Part shown: positions 18,648-27,236 of the stretch, in pieces
Layout of the letters: each line of letters begins with the position of its first letter
Numbering within the stretch: the stretch's first letter is position 1
IMG/VR virus record: IMGVR_UViG_3300031539_000004
Coordinates: 1 to 64,000 of that record
Length of the DNA stretch: 64,000 bases
Strand: one strand, 5' to 3'
From: a virus
Notes under the pieces: generated by a model
What the model was told of the DNA's origin: nothing
The model's database searches: none
Seen by the model: the letters and a program-made list of their open reading frames with translations, nothing else
Position numbers and translations under genes: made by a program

Positions 18648-19112
18648 ATGAGCTTCCGAGTGGAGGGCCAGTCTTTCGCCGAGTGGGTCGAGAAGATGGA
18701 GGGCGACCTCCGGTACCTCTACAAGTGCTGCGAGGGCGGGCTGGGCGGTAGCTGGACCGTCATCGCGTCGAACTCCTCCTACGACTGGTCTGGCGACGGC
18801 TACTCCGAGGTGTGGACGTCCGAGCTCGGGACGGCCCGACTGGTCGAGGTGTTCGCTTCGGGTGTGGCCGGCGCTGGCGGCACGGTATCGGTCACCCACT
18901 CGGGCCTCGGCGTTGTCGCGTCGCTGACCTTGGTGGGGCTGACCGGCGAAGTCGCGCTGAACCCGACGGTGGTCTTCAACCCCGGCGAGCGCCTCCAAGT
19001 GCTCACCCCCTCGGGTGGCGGCGTCAGCGGGCTGACCGTCCAACTGCTCTTCGAAGGCGACGTGCGAGCATCCGGCGGGCTCAACATCTACCGGGGTGAA
19101 GCGCCCGCATGA
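18648..19112 (+). CDS. Minor tail protein, paralog 1 of MSFR…YKCCE triplet
   Basis: N-terminus shared with the next two genes; beta-rich C-domain. Confidence 0.7.
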   Translation: MSFRVEGQSFAEWVEKMEGDLRYLYKCCEGGLGGSWTVIASNSSYDWSGDGYSEVWTSELGTARLVEVFASGVAGAGGTVSVTHSGLGVVASLTLVGLTGEVALNPTVVFNPGERLQVLTPSGGGVSGLTVQLLFEGDVRASGGLNIYRGEAPA

Positions 19113-19588
19113 GTTTCCGGGTGGAGGGGGAGACCCCCGATGAGCAGATCGAGTCGATCGAGGAGGCCCTCCGGTACCTCTACAAGTGCTGCGAGCGATC
19201 GAACGCGAGCGAAGGGTTCGAGCTGCTGGTCGCCGGCCAGGGCCAGATCGACGGCGACGACTCGAGCGAACATTGGTACGTCACCGTCGGCCCGGTCCGA
19301 CTCGAATCGTTCGCTGCGACGTTCGTGGACCCGGTGACCCTTCCCTTCACCGTCGAGCTCGACATCGACGGGACGCCGTCGGGGCACACCATCACCATCC
19401 CGGTCGGGTCTGCCTCCGCGGTGGCGGTCATCAACCCGCCGGTCACCCTCAACCCGGGCCAGTACATCCAGCTCACCGTGACCCTTGGCAGCGAACCCGA
19501 CCCTCGGGTTTCGATCTTCGGAACGTCGGCGGCCTACTGCCCGAGCTTCGGTGGTCAGTTCACCGAGGACCCCGGCGGCCCCGCATGA
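19109..19588 (+). CDS. Minor tail protein, paralog 2
   Basis: MSFRVEGETPDEQIESIEEALRYLYKCCE; ATGA overlap. Confidence 0.7.
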   Translation: MSFRVEGETPDEQIESIEEALRYLYKCCERSNASEGFELLVAGQGQIDGDDSSEHWYVTVGPVRLESFAATFVDPVTLPFTVELDIDGTPSGHTITIPVGSASAVAVINPPVTLNPGQYIQLTVTLGSEPDPRVSIFGTSAAYCPSFGGQFTEDPGGPA

Positions 19589-20061
19589 GCTTCAGGAACC
19601 GGGGCGAGACGCTTGAGGAGGTGATGGCCGGCATCGAACGCGACGTCCGGTACATCTACAAATGCTGCGAGGCTGGCGGCGGCGATGTGTTCTACGAGGT
19701 GGACGTGGCAAGCGGCGACGAGTCGGTCGACTCGTCGGCTCTCACGGGTCGTTGGTATTCCCGGGGCGGCACAGCGTCGGTTCGGGGGCTGCGACTCTCG
19801 AGCGACGAGACCGGGTTCTCTGACCTCGTCGTGGAGGTGCGCGTCACCGGGGTGGTCGTGCAAACGGTGGTCCTCCCCGCGGCGGCGGCCACCGTGGAGG
19901 TGTTGCTCGGCGGTCCGGTGGCGCTCGCCGCGAACGATTACTTGTCGCTCTCCTGCTCATCGGGGGCGCGGTCGTTTGTGAACGCGCAGGTACTGATGGT
20001 CGGCGACTGGTGCGGCTCTGGTGGATTGAACTGGTGGTTCGTCGGCGGCGGCCCCGAGTGA
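19585..20061 (+). CDS. Minor tail protein, paralog 3
   Basis: MSFRNRGETLEEVMAGIERDVRYIYKCCE; ATGA overlap. Confidence 0.7.
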   Translation: MSFRNRGETLEEVMAGIERDVRYIYKCCEAGGGDVFYEVDVASGDESVDSSALTGRWYSRGGTASVRGLRLSSDETGFSDLVVEVRVTGVVVQTVVLPAAAATVEVLLGGPVALAANDYLSLSCSSGARSFVNAQVLMVGDWCGSGGLNWWFVGGGPE

Positions 20062-20636
20062 CGACCTGGGTCGTGTCGGGGATGCCGCGCTCGGGCACGT
20101 CGATGATGATGCGCGCCCTCATCGCAGGCGGCCTCGAGCCGTACTGGAACCCCGACAAGGACGCCGAGCTCGCCAAGATCGCCGCGCCGAGATACCACCC
20201 GAACCCGAACGGCTACTTCGAACCAGGCCAGGCGCGCCACACCCGAGCGTTCCCGCGGCTCATCGACGGGAAGCTCGTGAAGCTCATGGGCGTCGGCCCC
20301 GCCGAACCACGGTTCCGTCAGGCCGCCCCGATCCGGGTCGTGTGGATGCGTCGCCCGCCAGCCGAGATTCGGGCGAGCCACCTCGCGACCTTCGGGCGGT
20401 GCCCGCCGTGGACGGCCGACAACCGGTACCCGACGATCGCCGCCGCGAGGATCGCTCACCAGACCTCGGTCCCGTGGGTCGAAGGGCTCGCCGTGGTCGA
20501 CTACCCCGATGTCACCGACCCCGCTACCCGCCTCGAGCAGTTCGAACGACTCACCGCCGAGGGCTGGCCGATCGACCCCGAGGCCGCCGCGGCGACGATC
20601 GACGGGGCGCTGCATCGCCACCGGGCCGAGGGCTAG
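20058..20636 (+). CDS. Sulfotransferase-family protein 1
   Basis: 5'-PSB loop VSGMPRSGTSMMM, HPNPNGYFE motif and VWMRRPPAEIRAS; GTGA-coupled to the tail gene. Confidence 0.75.
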   Translation: MTTWVVSGMPRSGTSMMMRALIAGGLEPYWNPDKDAELAKIAAPRYHPNPNGYFEPGQARHTRAFPRLIDGKLVKLMGVGPAEPRFRQAAPIRVVWMRRPPAEIRASHLATFGRCPPWTADNRYPTIAAARIAHQTSVPWVEGLAVVDYPDVTDPATRLEQFERLTAEGWPIDPEAAAATIDGALHRHRAEG

Positions 20637-20675
20637 GACTACGCTGACCTCAGCCGCTACCCCCGAGGAGGCACC

Positions 20676-21467
20676 GTGAGCTGCGGGTGCGATGAGGTCT
20701 GCAACTGCGCTGTGGTCGGCGGGAACTGCGTCCAGGTCGTCGGCGACGGCCGGCCCACGTCGCCGTACACGGTCAACGTGGTGGTCTCGGCCGACGCCGA
20801 CAACGCCATCTCCTGCGAACCGAACGGCCTCTTCGGCCAGAACGGCGTCGTCACCGCCGACACCGACTGCATCGACCTGAGCGGCACAGGCAAGATCGGC
20901 GACCCGATCACCGCCGACGTGGTGATCTCACCCGACTCCGGGAACCGCCTCGAGTGCCGGGCGAACGGGCTGTACGCCTACCCGTGCCCCGACATCTACT
21001 GCTGCTGCGACGCCCCGTCGTTGCCGATCAACGCCACGTCCACGACGTTCAATCTCCCCCCCGGCTGCGATCTCGAGATCGCCGACGGCGACTGGCGGGT
21101 CAACATCGAGATCCTCATCGTTCTCGAGTGGGACCCGAACCAGGCTGGGGCGCTCATCGAGCTCGGCGCGTCCTACGACGTCACGGGCCTCTGCACCCTC
21201 CCCGACGTGTTCAACGTCACCTGCGACGCCCCTCAGCTCGTCACTCAGTTCCGAACCGGCGGCCCCGGCTCCGCCGAAATCGAGACCCTGTTCTTGATCA
21301 GCAGCTTCGACGTGACTGGCCCGCTCTCCGTCACCGTGGTCCCACAGATCGTCACCGGGGTTTCTCACGCGGCGATCGTCACCGCCGAGGACTACACGGT
21401 CACCGCCATCGTCGGCCAGGTCCCCGCGGACCAGCCGAACAACCTCTGCACGGTCTGCGCGCCCTGA
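20676..21467 (+). CDS. Cys-rich tail fibre/spike protein 1
   Basis: SD AGGAGG; MSCGCDEVCNC; repeated SxDxxNxxxCxxxGL shaft-like motifs; beta-rich C-domain. Confidence 0.6.
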   Translation: MSCGCDEVCNCAVVGGNCVQVVGDGRPTSPYTVNVVVSADADNAISCEPNGLFGQNGVVTADTDCIDLSGTGKIGDPITADVVISPDSGNRLECRANGLYAYPCPDIYCCCDAPSLPINATSTTFNLPPGCDLEIADGDWRVNIEILIVLEWDPNQAGALIELGASYDVTGLCTLPDVFNVTCDAPQLVTQFRTGGPGSAEIETLFLISSFDVTGPLSVTVVPQIVTGVSHAAIVTAEDYTVTAIVGQVPADQPNNLCTVCAP

Positions 21468-21472
21468 TCGCG

Positions 21473-22087
21473 ATGAAGTACCTCCTCTTCGGCCACCCCC
21501 GGGGCGGCACCTCGACCGCTATGCGTGGCCTCTACTTCGCCGGCATGAACGTGTGGCGCGATGTCCGTCGCGACCAGAAGGCTCATCGCGACGCCGACCG
21601 GGAAGGCTTCACCAAGCACCCGAACCCCTACGGGTTTTGGGAGGTCCCCTACGGCGTCGGCCGCGAGCACGACTGGCCGAACAACCTGCCCGACGGGTGG
21701 GCGGCGAAGGTGTTCGCCCCCACGATCCGCCAGCTCCGCGACCGCGGGACCGGCGAGTGGATGGTCGCCTACCTCACCCGCGACCCCGACGAGATCGCTG
21801 CCAGCTACCGGCGAATGATGGGCCGCCCCACGATGCGTTGGCGCACCGCCGACCAGTACCACGCCCGAGTCGACCAGGACATTGCCCGCCTCGAGGCCAT
21901 CGGTTGCGTCGTGTCGGTCACCCGCCTCGACTACAACGCCATGTGCGCCGACCCGCCTGCCTCCACGATCGCCGAGTACCAACGCCTCGCCGACGCCGGC
22001 TGGCCGCTTGACCCCCGAGCCGTCGCGGAGCTCATCGACCCGGCGTTGCGCCGCAACGTGAGGGAGGCCGACCTTGCCACGGTGTAA
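21473..22087 (+). CDS. Sulfotransferase-family protein 2
   Basis: LFGHPRGGTSTAM, HPNPYGFWE and AYLTRDPDEIAASY; paralog of 20058-20636. Confidence 0.7.
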   Translation: MKYLLFGHPRGGTSTAMRGLYFAGMNVWRDVRRDQKAHRDADREGFTKHPNPYGFWEVPYGVGREHDWPNNLPDGWAAKVFAPTIRQLRDRGTGEWMVAYLTRDPDEIAASYRRMMGRPTMRWRTADQYHARVDQDIARLEAIGCVVSVTRLDYNAMCADPPASTIAEYQRLADAGWPLDPRAVAELIDPALRRNVREADLATV

Positions 22088-23789
22088 GTGCCAAGAGGTG
22101 TGCTTCTGCTCGCTCGAGCTCGACGCCGACGAGACGTGCCTGTCGCTCACGGGTGCGGGTACCGGCGACGATCCGTACACGTTGCTCGGCGTCATCGACC
22201 CCGACGTGGCGAACGAAGTGGAGTGCCGGCCGAACGGGCTGTGGATGGGCCGTGACGACAACGTCGCCGACACCGACTGCATCGACCTCACCACCGTCGA
22301 GCAGCCAGGGATCGCGTCAAAGATCCTGACCGCCGACTTCATCATCTCGCCCGACGCCTGCAACGTCCTCGAGTGCCTCCCCCCGGGCGACGACCCCGAC
22401 ATCGACAGCGCCGGGCTGTGGGCGCGCCCCGGACCGCAGGAATGGTGCTGGTGCCTCACCCCCGCTTCGCCCGATGGGCAGCTCATCGGCCCGGGTGAGG
22501 TGGAGATGCTCGGCCCCGAACCGGACGAAGAGACCGAAGACAACGGGCTGCGGTTCACGATCATCGAACCGGGCTGCTACCGGCTCATCCTCAAGGGCGA
22601 GGTCTATCTGGCATGGACCCCGAACCAGGCTCCCGGCACGGTCGGCGCGTCAGTCCAGGTTGGGATCTCGCCGGTGTCGCCGTTCGACAACTGCCTGTTC
22701 GTGGACCCTGAGTTTGGCGAATACATCTACCAGTACGCCGTCTGCGATCCAGCCGCGTGGCGCACCCTCTACCGGATCGGCGGCGTGCTCGCTCCCGACG
22801 AGACCCAACACATCCCGTTCATGGCGTCGTTCGATTACACGATCACCGATGCGCTCGCCCCGACCGTGATCCAACCGCGCATCGTGGTCGGCAACATCGG
22901 GACCGGTCCCACAGATCTGCGGGTCACGGGCGGCACCGCGAAGGTCATCATGGGCAGCCCGCCGGCGCATCAGCTCGGCGACAACAACTGCTCGAGCTGC
23001 TACGGGTACTCCAAGACCGGGACGTTCTATTCGGTCCCGAACACGACGACCACCGCGTCGACCACCACCACCACGACGGGCGGCGCTGGCCTGTTCCTCA
23101 ACATGGGCGAAGCTGGGATCAACCCGGGGTGGGTCATGCGCTGCGACCCGGGCACCGGGACCGTGATCGTGCCCCGCCGCTACGACTGGGGCACCCAAGC
23201 CTTCAACGGTGAGGCGATGACCTCCGACCCGGTGGCCGGCTTGCTCTACCACATCGGCGGCGGCGGCGGCGGCCCGCTGATGTCGGTCGACCCGAACACC
23301 CTCGCGACCGGCTCGGTGGCGATCGGCCCCCCGACCGGACCGCCGCTGGGGATGGCGTGGGACGGCACCGACGTGTGGCTGTCGGACGCCAACGCCATCC
23401 TCTACTCGATCACGCTCGCCGGGGCCGTCACCACCGTGGGGACGATGGACGAACGGATGCCGGGCATCGAGTGGATCGGCGCGACGTTGTGGGCGGTCAA
23501 CCGTGACTGCTCGCTCCTCTACGAGATCGACTCGAGCGACGGATCGACCCTCGCCACCACGCCGATCACGTTCGTCTCAGGTCCGCAGACCCCCGACTTC
23601 GCTCACGGCCTCGCCTACGACGGGGCCGATCTCTACATCTCGTACGCGCTTCCCGAGACCGGGTTCGGGAACTATCGCCGCCGCCTCGGGGTCATCGACA
23701 CGTCGAACGGTGAGCTCGCCGATGTCGGCCAGTTCACCAACGCCGGCAATCCCGGCGGCTGGCAGGTGTCCGACCTCGCTTTCCTGTGA
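22074..23789 (+). CDS. Cys-rich tail fibre protein 2 with C-terminal beta-propeller-like domain
   Basis: Same N-terminal shaft motifs, a Thr-rich linker, then GMAWDGTDVWL / GIEWIGATLWA / GLAYDGADLYI blade-like repeats. Confidence 0.65.
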   Translation: MPRCKCQEVCFCSLELDADETCLSLTGAGTGDDPYTLLGVIDPDVANEVECRPNGLWMGRDDNVADTDCIDLTTVEQPGIASKILTADFIISPDACNVLECLPPGDDPDIDSAGLWARPGPQEWCWCLTPASPDGQLIGPGEVEMLGPEPDEETEDNGLRFTIIEPGCYRLILKGEVYLAWTPNQAPGTVGASVQVGISPVSPFDNCLFVDPEFGEYIYQYAVCDPAAWRTLYRIGGVLAPDETQHIPFMASFDYTITDALAPTVIQPRIVVGNIGTGPTDLRVTGGTAKVIMGSPPAHQLGDNNCSSCYGYSKTGTFYSVPNTTTTASTTTTTTGGAGLFLNMGEAGINPGWVMRCDPGTGTVIVPRRYDWGTQAFNGEAMTSDPVAGLLYHIGGGGGGPLMSVDPNTLATGSVAIGPPTGPPLGMAWDGTDVWLSDANAILYSITLAGAVTTVGTMDERMPGIEWIGATLWAVNRDCSLLYEIDSSDGSTLATTPITFVSGPQTPDFAHGLAYDGADLYISYALPETGFGNYRRRLGVIDTSNGELADVGQFTNAGNPGGWQVSDLAFL

Positions 23790-23838
23790 CCCATTACCCT
23801 GAGCCTCGAAGCCCTCGAGTAGATAGGTCCAGCAGCCC

Positions 23839-24540
23839 ATGTCGATGAGCGAACCATGCCTAGCGGAAAGCTGCGGGCTGATGTGGAGCGGCGAAGGCAA
23901 CCCCGGCTCGCTTCTCCAGCTCGACATCGATCTCAGCGGCGAACCGAACCAGGCGATCGAGTGCCGGGCGAACGGGCTGTACGGGGAGCGTTGCGAAGTC
24001 TCGGCGGTGGCGTGCAACGGGGTGAAGATCGCCCCACAGGACGGCGGGAACTGGACCCACCAGATCGACGGCCAGGCGTTCGCCAGCACGCAACCCGGCG
24101 GGTTTGCGTTCCTCGACGCAGGCTTCGCGGGAGCCATCTCCGAGGAGCTCTACCAGAGCGCGTCGATCGGGGTGACTCTCGACGGGTGCGTCCCGTCGAT
24201 GGTCTTCTACAAGATCCAGCTCGGGTCGGTTCGGGCTGAGGGGGGCGGGACTACCCGGTGGGAGCTGCAGGACACGGCGTCGATCAACAACGGGCCGTTC
24301 AGCACCATCGGGTTCGCCGTGTGGGACAACAGCCTCACCGGCAGCTTCGGGGACTACGGGTTCTATCCCGACCTCGATGGTTCGACGCTCGGCCTCGCGA
24401 CCGCTTCCGGTAGTAGCTTCAATCTCTCCTTCCGGCGAGAGGTTCTGCTCACCTTGCCCTTCGGCGGTTTCGGATCTGGCAACATCGAGTTCGCGCCGAC
24501 CATCATCGAAATGCGATTCCTAGCGATCTCGGGGACGTGA
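23839..24540 (+). CDS. Tail fibre-family protein 3
   Basis: NQAIECRANGLY and VVACNG-type motifs shared with neighbours. Confidence 0.55.
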   Translation: MSMSEPCLAESCGLMWSGEGNPGSLLQLDIDLSGEPNQAIECRANGLYGERCEVSAVACNGVKIAPQDGGNWTHQIDGQAFASTQPGGFAFLDAGFAGAISEELYQSASIGVTLDGCVPSMVFYKIQLGSVRAEGGGTTRWELQDTASINNGPFSTIGFAVWDNSLTGSFGDYGFYPDLDGSTLGLATASGSSFNLSFRREVLLTLPFGGFGSGNIEFAPTIIEMRFLAISGT

Positions 24541-24550
24541 GGAGAACCAA

Positions 24551-25210
24551 ATGGCGAACCCCTGCATCACCGACACCGACTGCATCGGCCTCAGCCTCGA
24601 TGACGAGGGCAACCTCCGAGCTGACCTGATCATCTCGCCCGACGCCGACAACCAGCTCGTCTGCCTCGATGACGGTCTCTTCGGGAACATCTGTCCGATC
24701 TCAGTCGTGGCGTGCAACGGGCTGCTCAAGCTGCCCGACGGGCTGTGGGCGCACAAGCTGTCCCGCAACATCGCGCAGTCGCAGTTCGGGTCGGTGACCG
24801 TCGGTGTTTCCTCGGGTGGCGGGAACATCACCCTGCAGAGCGGCACCCAATCGATCAAGAACACGGGGTGCGCGCCGGCGCTCATCTACCGCAACATCGC
24901 CTTCGGGACCACCCATGTCACGGCGATGACGGCGGGCGGACGAGTCGAACTCGAGGCGCAGGTGCGGATCGACGGTGGCCCGTGGAACGACTACGGCTTC
25001 GCGGTGCTCCAGAACTTGACCGGCGTGGGCGGCCTCGAGCATGCGTGGTGGCCGGTCCCGGCGATCGACATCGGGTTCGCGACGCTGGCGGCCGGGGCGA
25101 CTCAGTCTGTTGAGTGGCGGCGGCGCGCCGAGGCGACCTCGGGGTCTTGCACGGTGAACTACCAGACGGTGTTCATGTGGACGAACGTCCTTTCGATTTC
25201 GGGGCTCTAG
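24551..25210 (+). CDS. Tail fibre-family protein 4
   Basis: SD AGGAGA; TDTDCIGL, ISPDADNQLVCLDDGLF and VVACNG motifs. Confidence 0.6.
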   Translation: MANPCITDTDCIGLSLDDEGNLRADLIISPDADNQLVCLDDGLFGNICPISVVACNGLLKLPDGLWAHKLSRNIAQSQFGSVTVGVSSGGGNITLQSGTQSIKNTGCAPALIYRNIAFGTTHVTAMTAGGRVELEAQVRIDGGPWNDYGFAVLQNLTGVGGLEHAWWPVPAIDIGFATLAAGATQSVEWRRRAEATSGSCTVNYQTVFMWTNVLSISGL

Positions 25211-25219
25211 GAGGAACCG

Positions 25220-25552
25220 ATGAGCACGACCAGCAGGTACTTCGAAAGCGCCACGGGTGTCGCAGAGGTGACGATCGAGCGTGGCGACGAGATGGTGGCG
25301 ATCGCGAACGGTCACGTCCTGGCCGACGAGGCGAGCCCCGAGGGGTCGCCGCCGGCCGCCGGGTGGACCGAGGTGACGCTCACGCAGCTCCGAGCGAAGA
25401 CGCAGGAGCTGAAGGACGCTGCAGCTCTGGTGAAGGCCGACGCGATCACCGAGCGGGCGCAGGCGATGGAGGACGCGTACACCGATCTCGTGGCCGCCGG
25501 GGTGACGGCCGCGGCCGCTTCGACCCTCACCGGCTACACCCCGCCCGAATGA
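25220..25552 (+). CDS. Hypothetical protein (possible fibre chaperone)
   Basis: SD AGGAGG; follows the fibre genes. Confidence 0.6.
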   Translation: MSTTSRYFESATGVAEVTIERGDEMVAIANGHVLADEASPEGSPPAAGWTEVTLTQLRAKTQELKDAAALVKADAITERAQAMEDAYTDLVAAGVTAAAASTLTGYTPPE

Positions 25553-26094
25553 TTCTCGCCGACCACAACTGGTGGCACGCCTGGGGCGAGCTCACGGTCT
25601 GGTTCGCCGGGTTCGTGACCGCGCTCGGGCTGCTGTCGCGCACCAAGCCGGCCCGCTGGCTGTGGCGTCAGGTCGTGTCGGAGCCGATCACCGAATGGTT
25701 CCGCGAGAACGGCGGCGAGATCATCGAGGAGAAGGTCGGCAAGGAGTTCGCCTCGAACGGTGGAGCGTCGTTGCGGGACGCCATCGACGGCCTCAAGTCG
25801 GGCCAGGACACGCTGACCGAGTGGACGGGGGAAGCCCAATCGGGGCAGCAGAAGCTGGTCGACGGGATCGAAGCGAACCGGGGGGCGATCGTGGAGATGT
25901 CGGCCGGGATCTCGACCACCCTGTCGGACCACGGGGGGCGGATCACCTCCCTCGAGACTCGCCACAGCGACGTGATGGAAGCCATTGAGCGGCTCCACAA
26001 GTGCGTGGAGCGTAGGCTAGGGGGCGACCACGACACGGGTGACCGGCGGCGCGACGAAGACGCCGAGGTGCTCGAGGAGGCTGAGAAGCCATGA
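25549..26094 (+). CDS. Lysis-cassette membrane protein (single TM + coiled coil)
   Basis: ATGA overlap; TM segment WGELTVWFAGFVTALGLL; NGGASLRDAID motif typical of actinophage lysis-region proteins. Confidence 0.6.
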   Translation: MILADHNWWHAWGELTVWFAGFVTALGLLSRTKPARWLWRQVVSEPITEWFRENGGEIIEEKVGKEFASNGGASLRDAIDGLKSGQDTLTEWTGEAQSGQQKLVDGIEANRGAIVEMSAGISTTLSDHGGRITSLETRHSDVMEAIERLHKCVERRLGGDHDTGDRRRDEDAEVLEEAEKP

Positions 26095-26414
26095 CGGAGA
26101 TCACGCTCGACCCCACGGTTGTCGCCCTCGTCGGCGGGGCGCTCGTCCCGGTCCTGACCGGGCTGGTCACCAAGCTCAACTCCTCGACGGGCTGGAAGGC
26201 CGCCGCCGCTCTGGTCCTTTCGGTGCTCGTCGGTGTTGCCACCACGGCGACCGAGGCGGCGAGCTTCACCCCCGAGCAGATCATCGAAGCTGCGGGGATC
26301 GCCTTCGCGGCGAACGTGACGACCTACATCGGGATGTGGAAGCCGATCGGCAAGACCGATCAGGTTCCGCTCCAGAACGTGACCGCCGGGTTCGGTCTCG
26401 GCAAGGCTGCCTGA
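26091..26414 (+). CDS. Holin
   Basis: 107 aa with three hydrophobic segments and the TYIGMWKP motif of actinophage holins. Confidence 0.75.
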   Translation: MTEITLDPTVVALVGGALVPVLTGLVTKLNSSTGWKAAAALVLSVLVGVATTATEAASFTPEQIIEAAGIAFAANVTTYIGMWKPIGKTDQVPLQNVTAGFGLGKAA

Positions 26415-26423
26415 GGAGGCAAC

Positions 26424-26741
26424 ATGGCGAAGTACCGGATTGCGATCGCGACCTCGGCCTACCCGGGTCTGAAGCGCGGCGACATCGTGGACGAGGAGCC
26501 CGGGGCGAAGGCCACGCGGGCCCGAGTCGAGAAAGGCGTTCTCCAGAAGGTCGATGGCTCGGCCGGGGTGACGGCCCCGCCGCCACCGCCAGAGGATCCG
26601 CCGGCCGATCCGCCGGCCGATCCGCCAGCCGATCTGCCCGCGGAGACCGAGGAGGCCCCCAAGGGCCGCAGGTCGTCCAAGAGGGGCGATAGTGGTGCCG
26701 AGGACCCGAGCGGTGACGCCGAGGGCAACAGCGGCCACTGA
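26424..26741 (+). CDS. Hypothetical protein with DPPA repeats
   Basis: SD AGGAGG; Pro-rich tandem GATCCGCCGGCC units. Confidence 0.55.
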   Translation: MAKYRIAIATSAYPGLKRGDIVDEEPGAKATRARVEKGVLQKVDGSAGVTAPPPPPEDPPADPPADPPADLPAETEEAPKGRRSSKRGDSGAEDPSGDAEGNSGH

Positions 26742-26811
26742 GGCCGTCTGACGGTCGCTGGACGTTCACGGTCCCTCGACCCTGGCGACCTGCGGTTGTA
26801 CGCTCCCTCGC

Positions 26812-27012
26812 ATGGCTTGCGGATGTGGCAAAGGTAAGAAGGCGACCACCGCCGAGGAACCCCTGATCTTGGGGGAAGACTTCGGCGAGTCGCGCCAGGT
26901 GCGGGCCACGGTCCACATCCTCGGGATCGCCGCGCAGGAAGTGGCGTGGGTCCGGGGGTCGAAGGTGGACTTCTACATCGAGCACCAGTGGCTCCAAGCC
27001 GTCACCAACTGA
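26812..27012 (+). CDS. MACGCGKG-family small protein 1 (leaderless)
   Basis: TACGCT at 26799-26804, ATG 7 nt later. Confidence 0.6.
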   Translation: MACGCGKGKKATTAEEPLILGEDFGESRQVRATVHILGIAAQEVAWVRGSKVDFYIEHQWLQAVTN

Positions 27013-27023
27013 GGAGAGAGCGA

Positions 27024-27236
27024 ATGCCCGAAGAGGACGAGATCGACATCGCCGCCGCCGCTGACGAAGCAGCGAAGCTCGAGGCCCCGGACCGGGTGCC
27101 CGAGGACGACGACGACGCCCACCCCGAAGACATCCCCGCCGAGCTCATCGAGCTGTCGGTGGCGCTGGACACCGGGGACGCCGAGAGCACCGCGGCCGCC
27201 GCGGCCGAGCTCGCGACGATGGGGGGCCAGGCATGA
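27024..27236 (+). CDS. Acidic peptide coupled to endolysin
   Basis: SD AGGAG; about one-third D/E; ATGA overlap with the endolysin. Confidence 0.55.
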   Translation: MPEEDEIDIAAAADEAAKLEAPDRVPEDDDDAHPEDIPAELIELSVALDTGDAESTAAAAAELATMGGQA

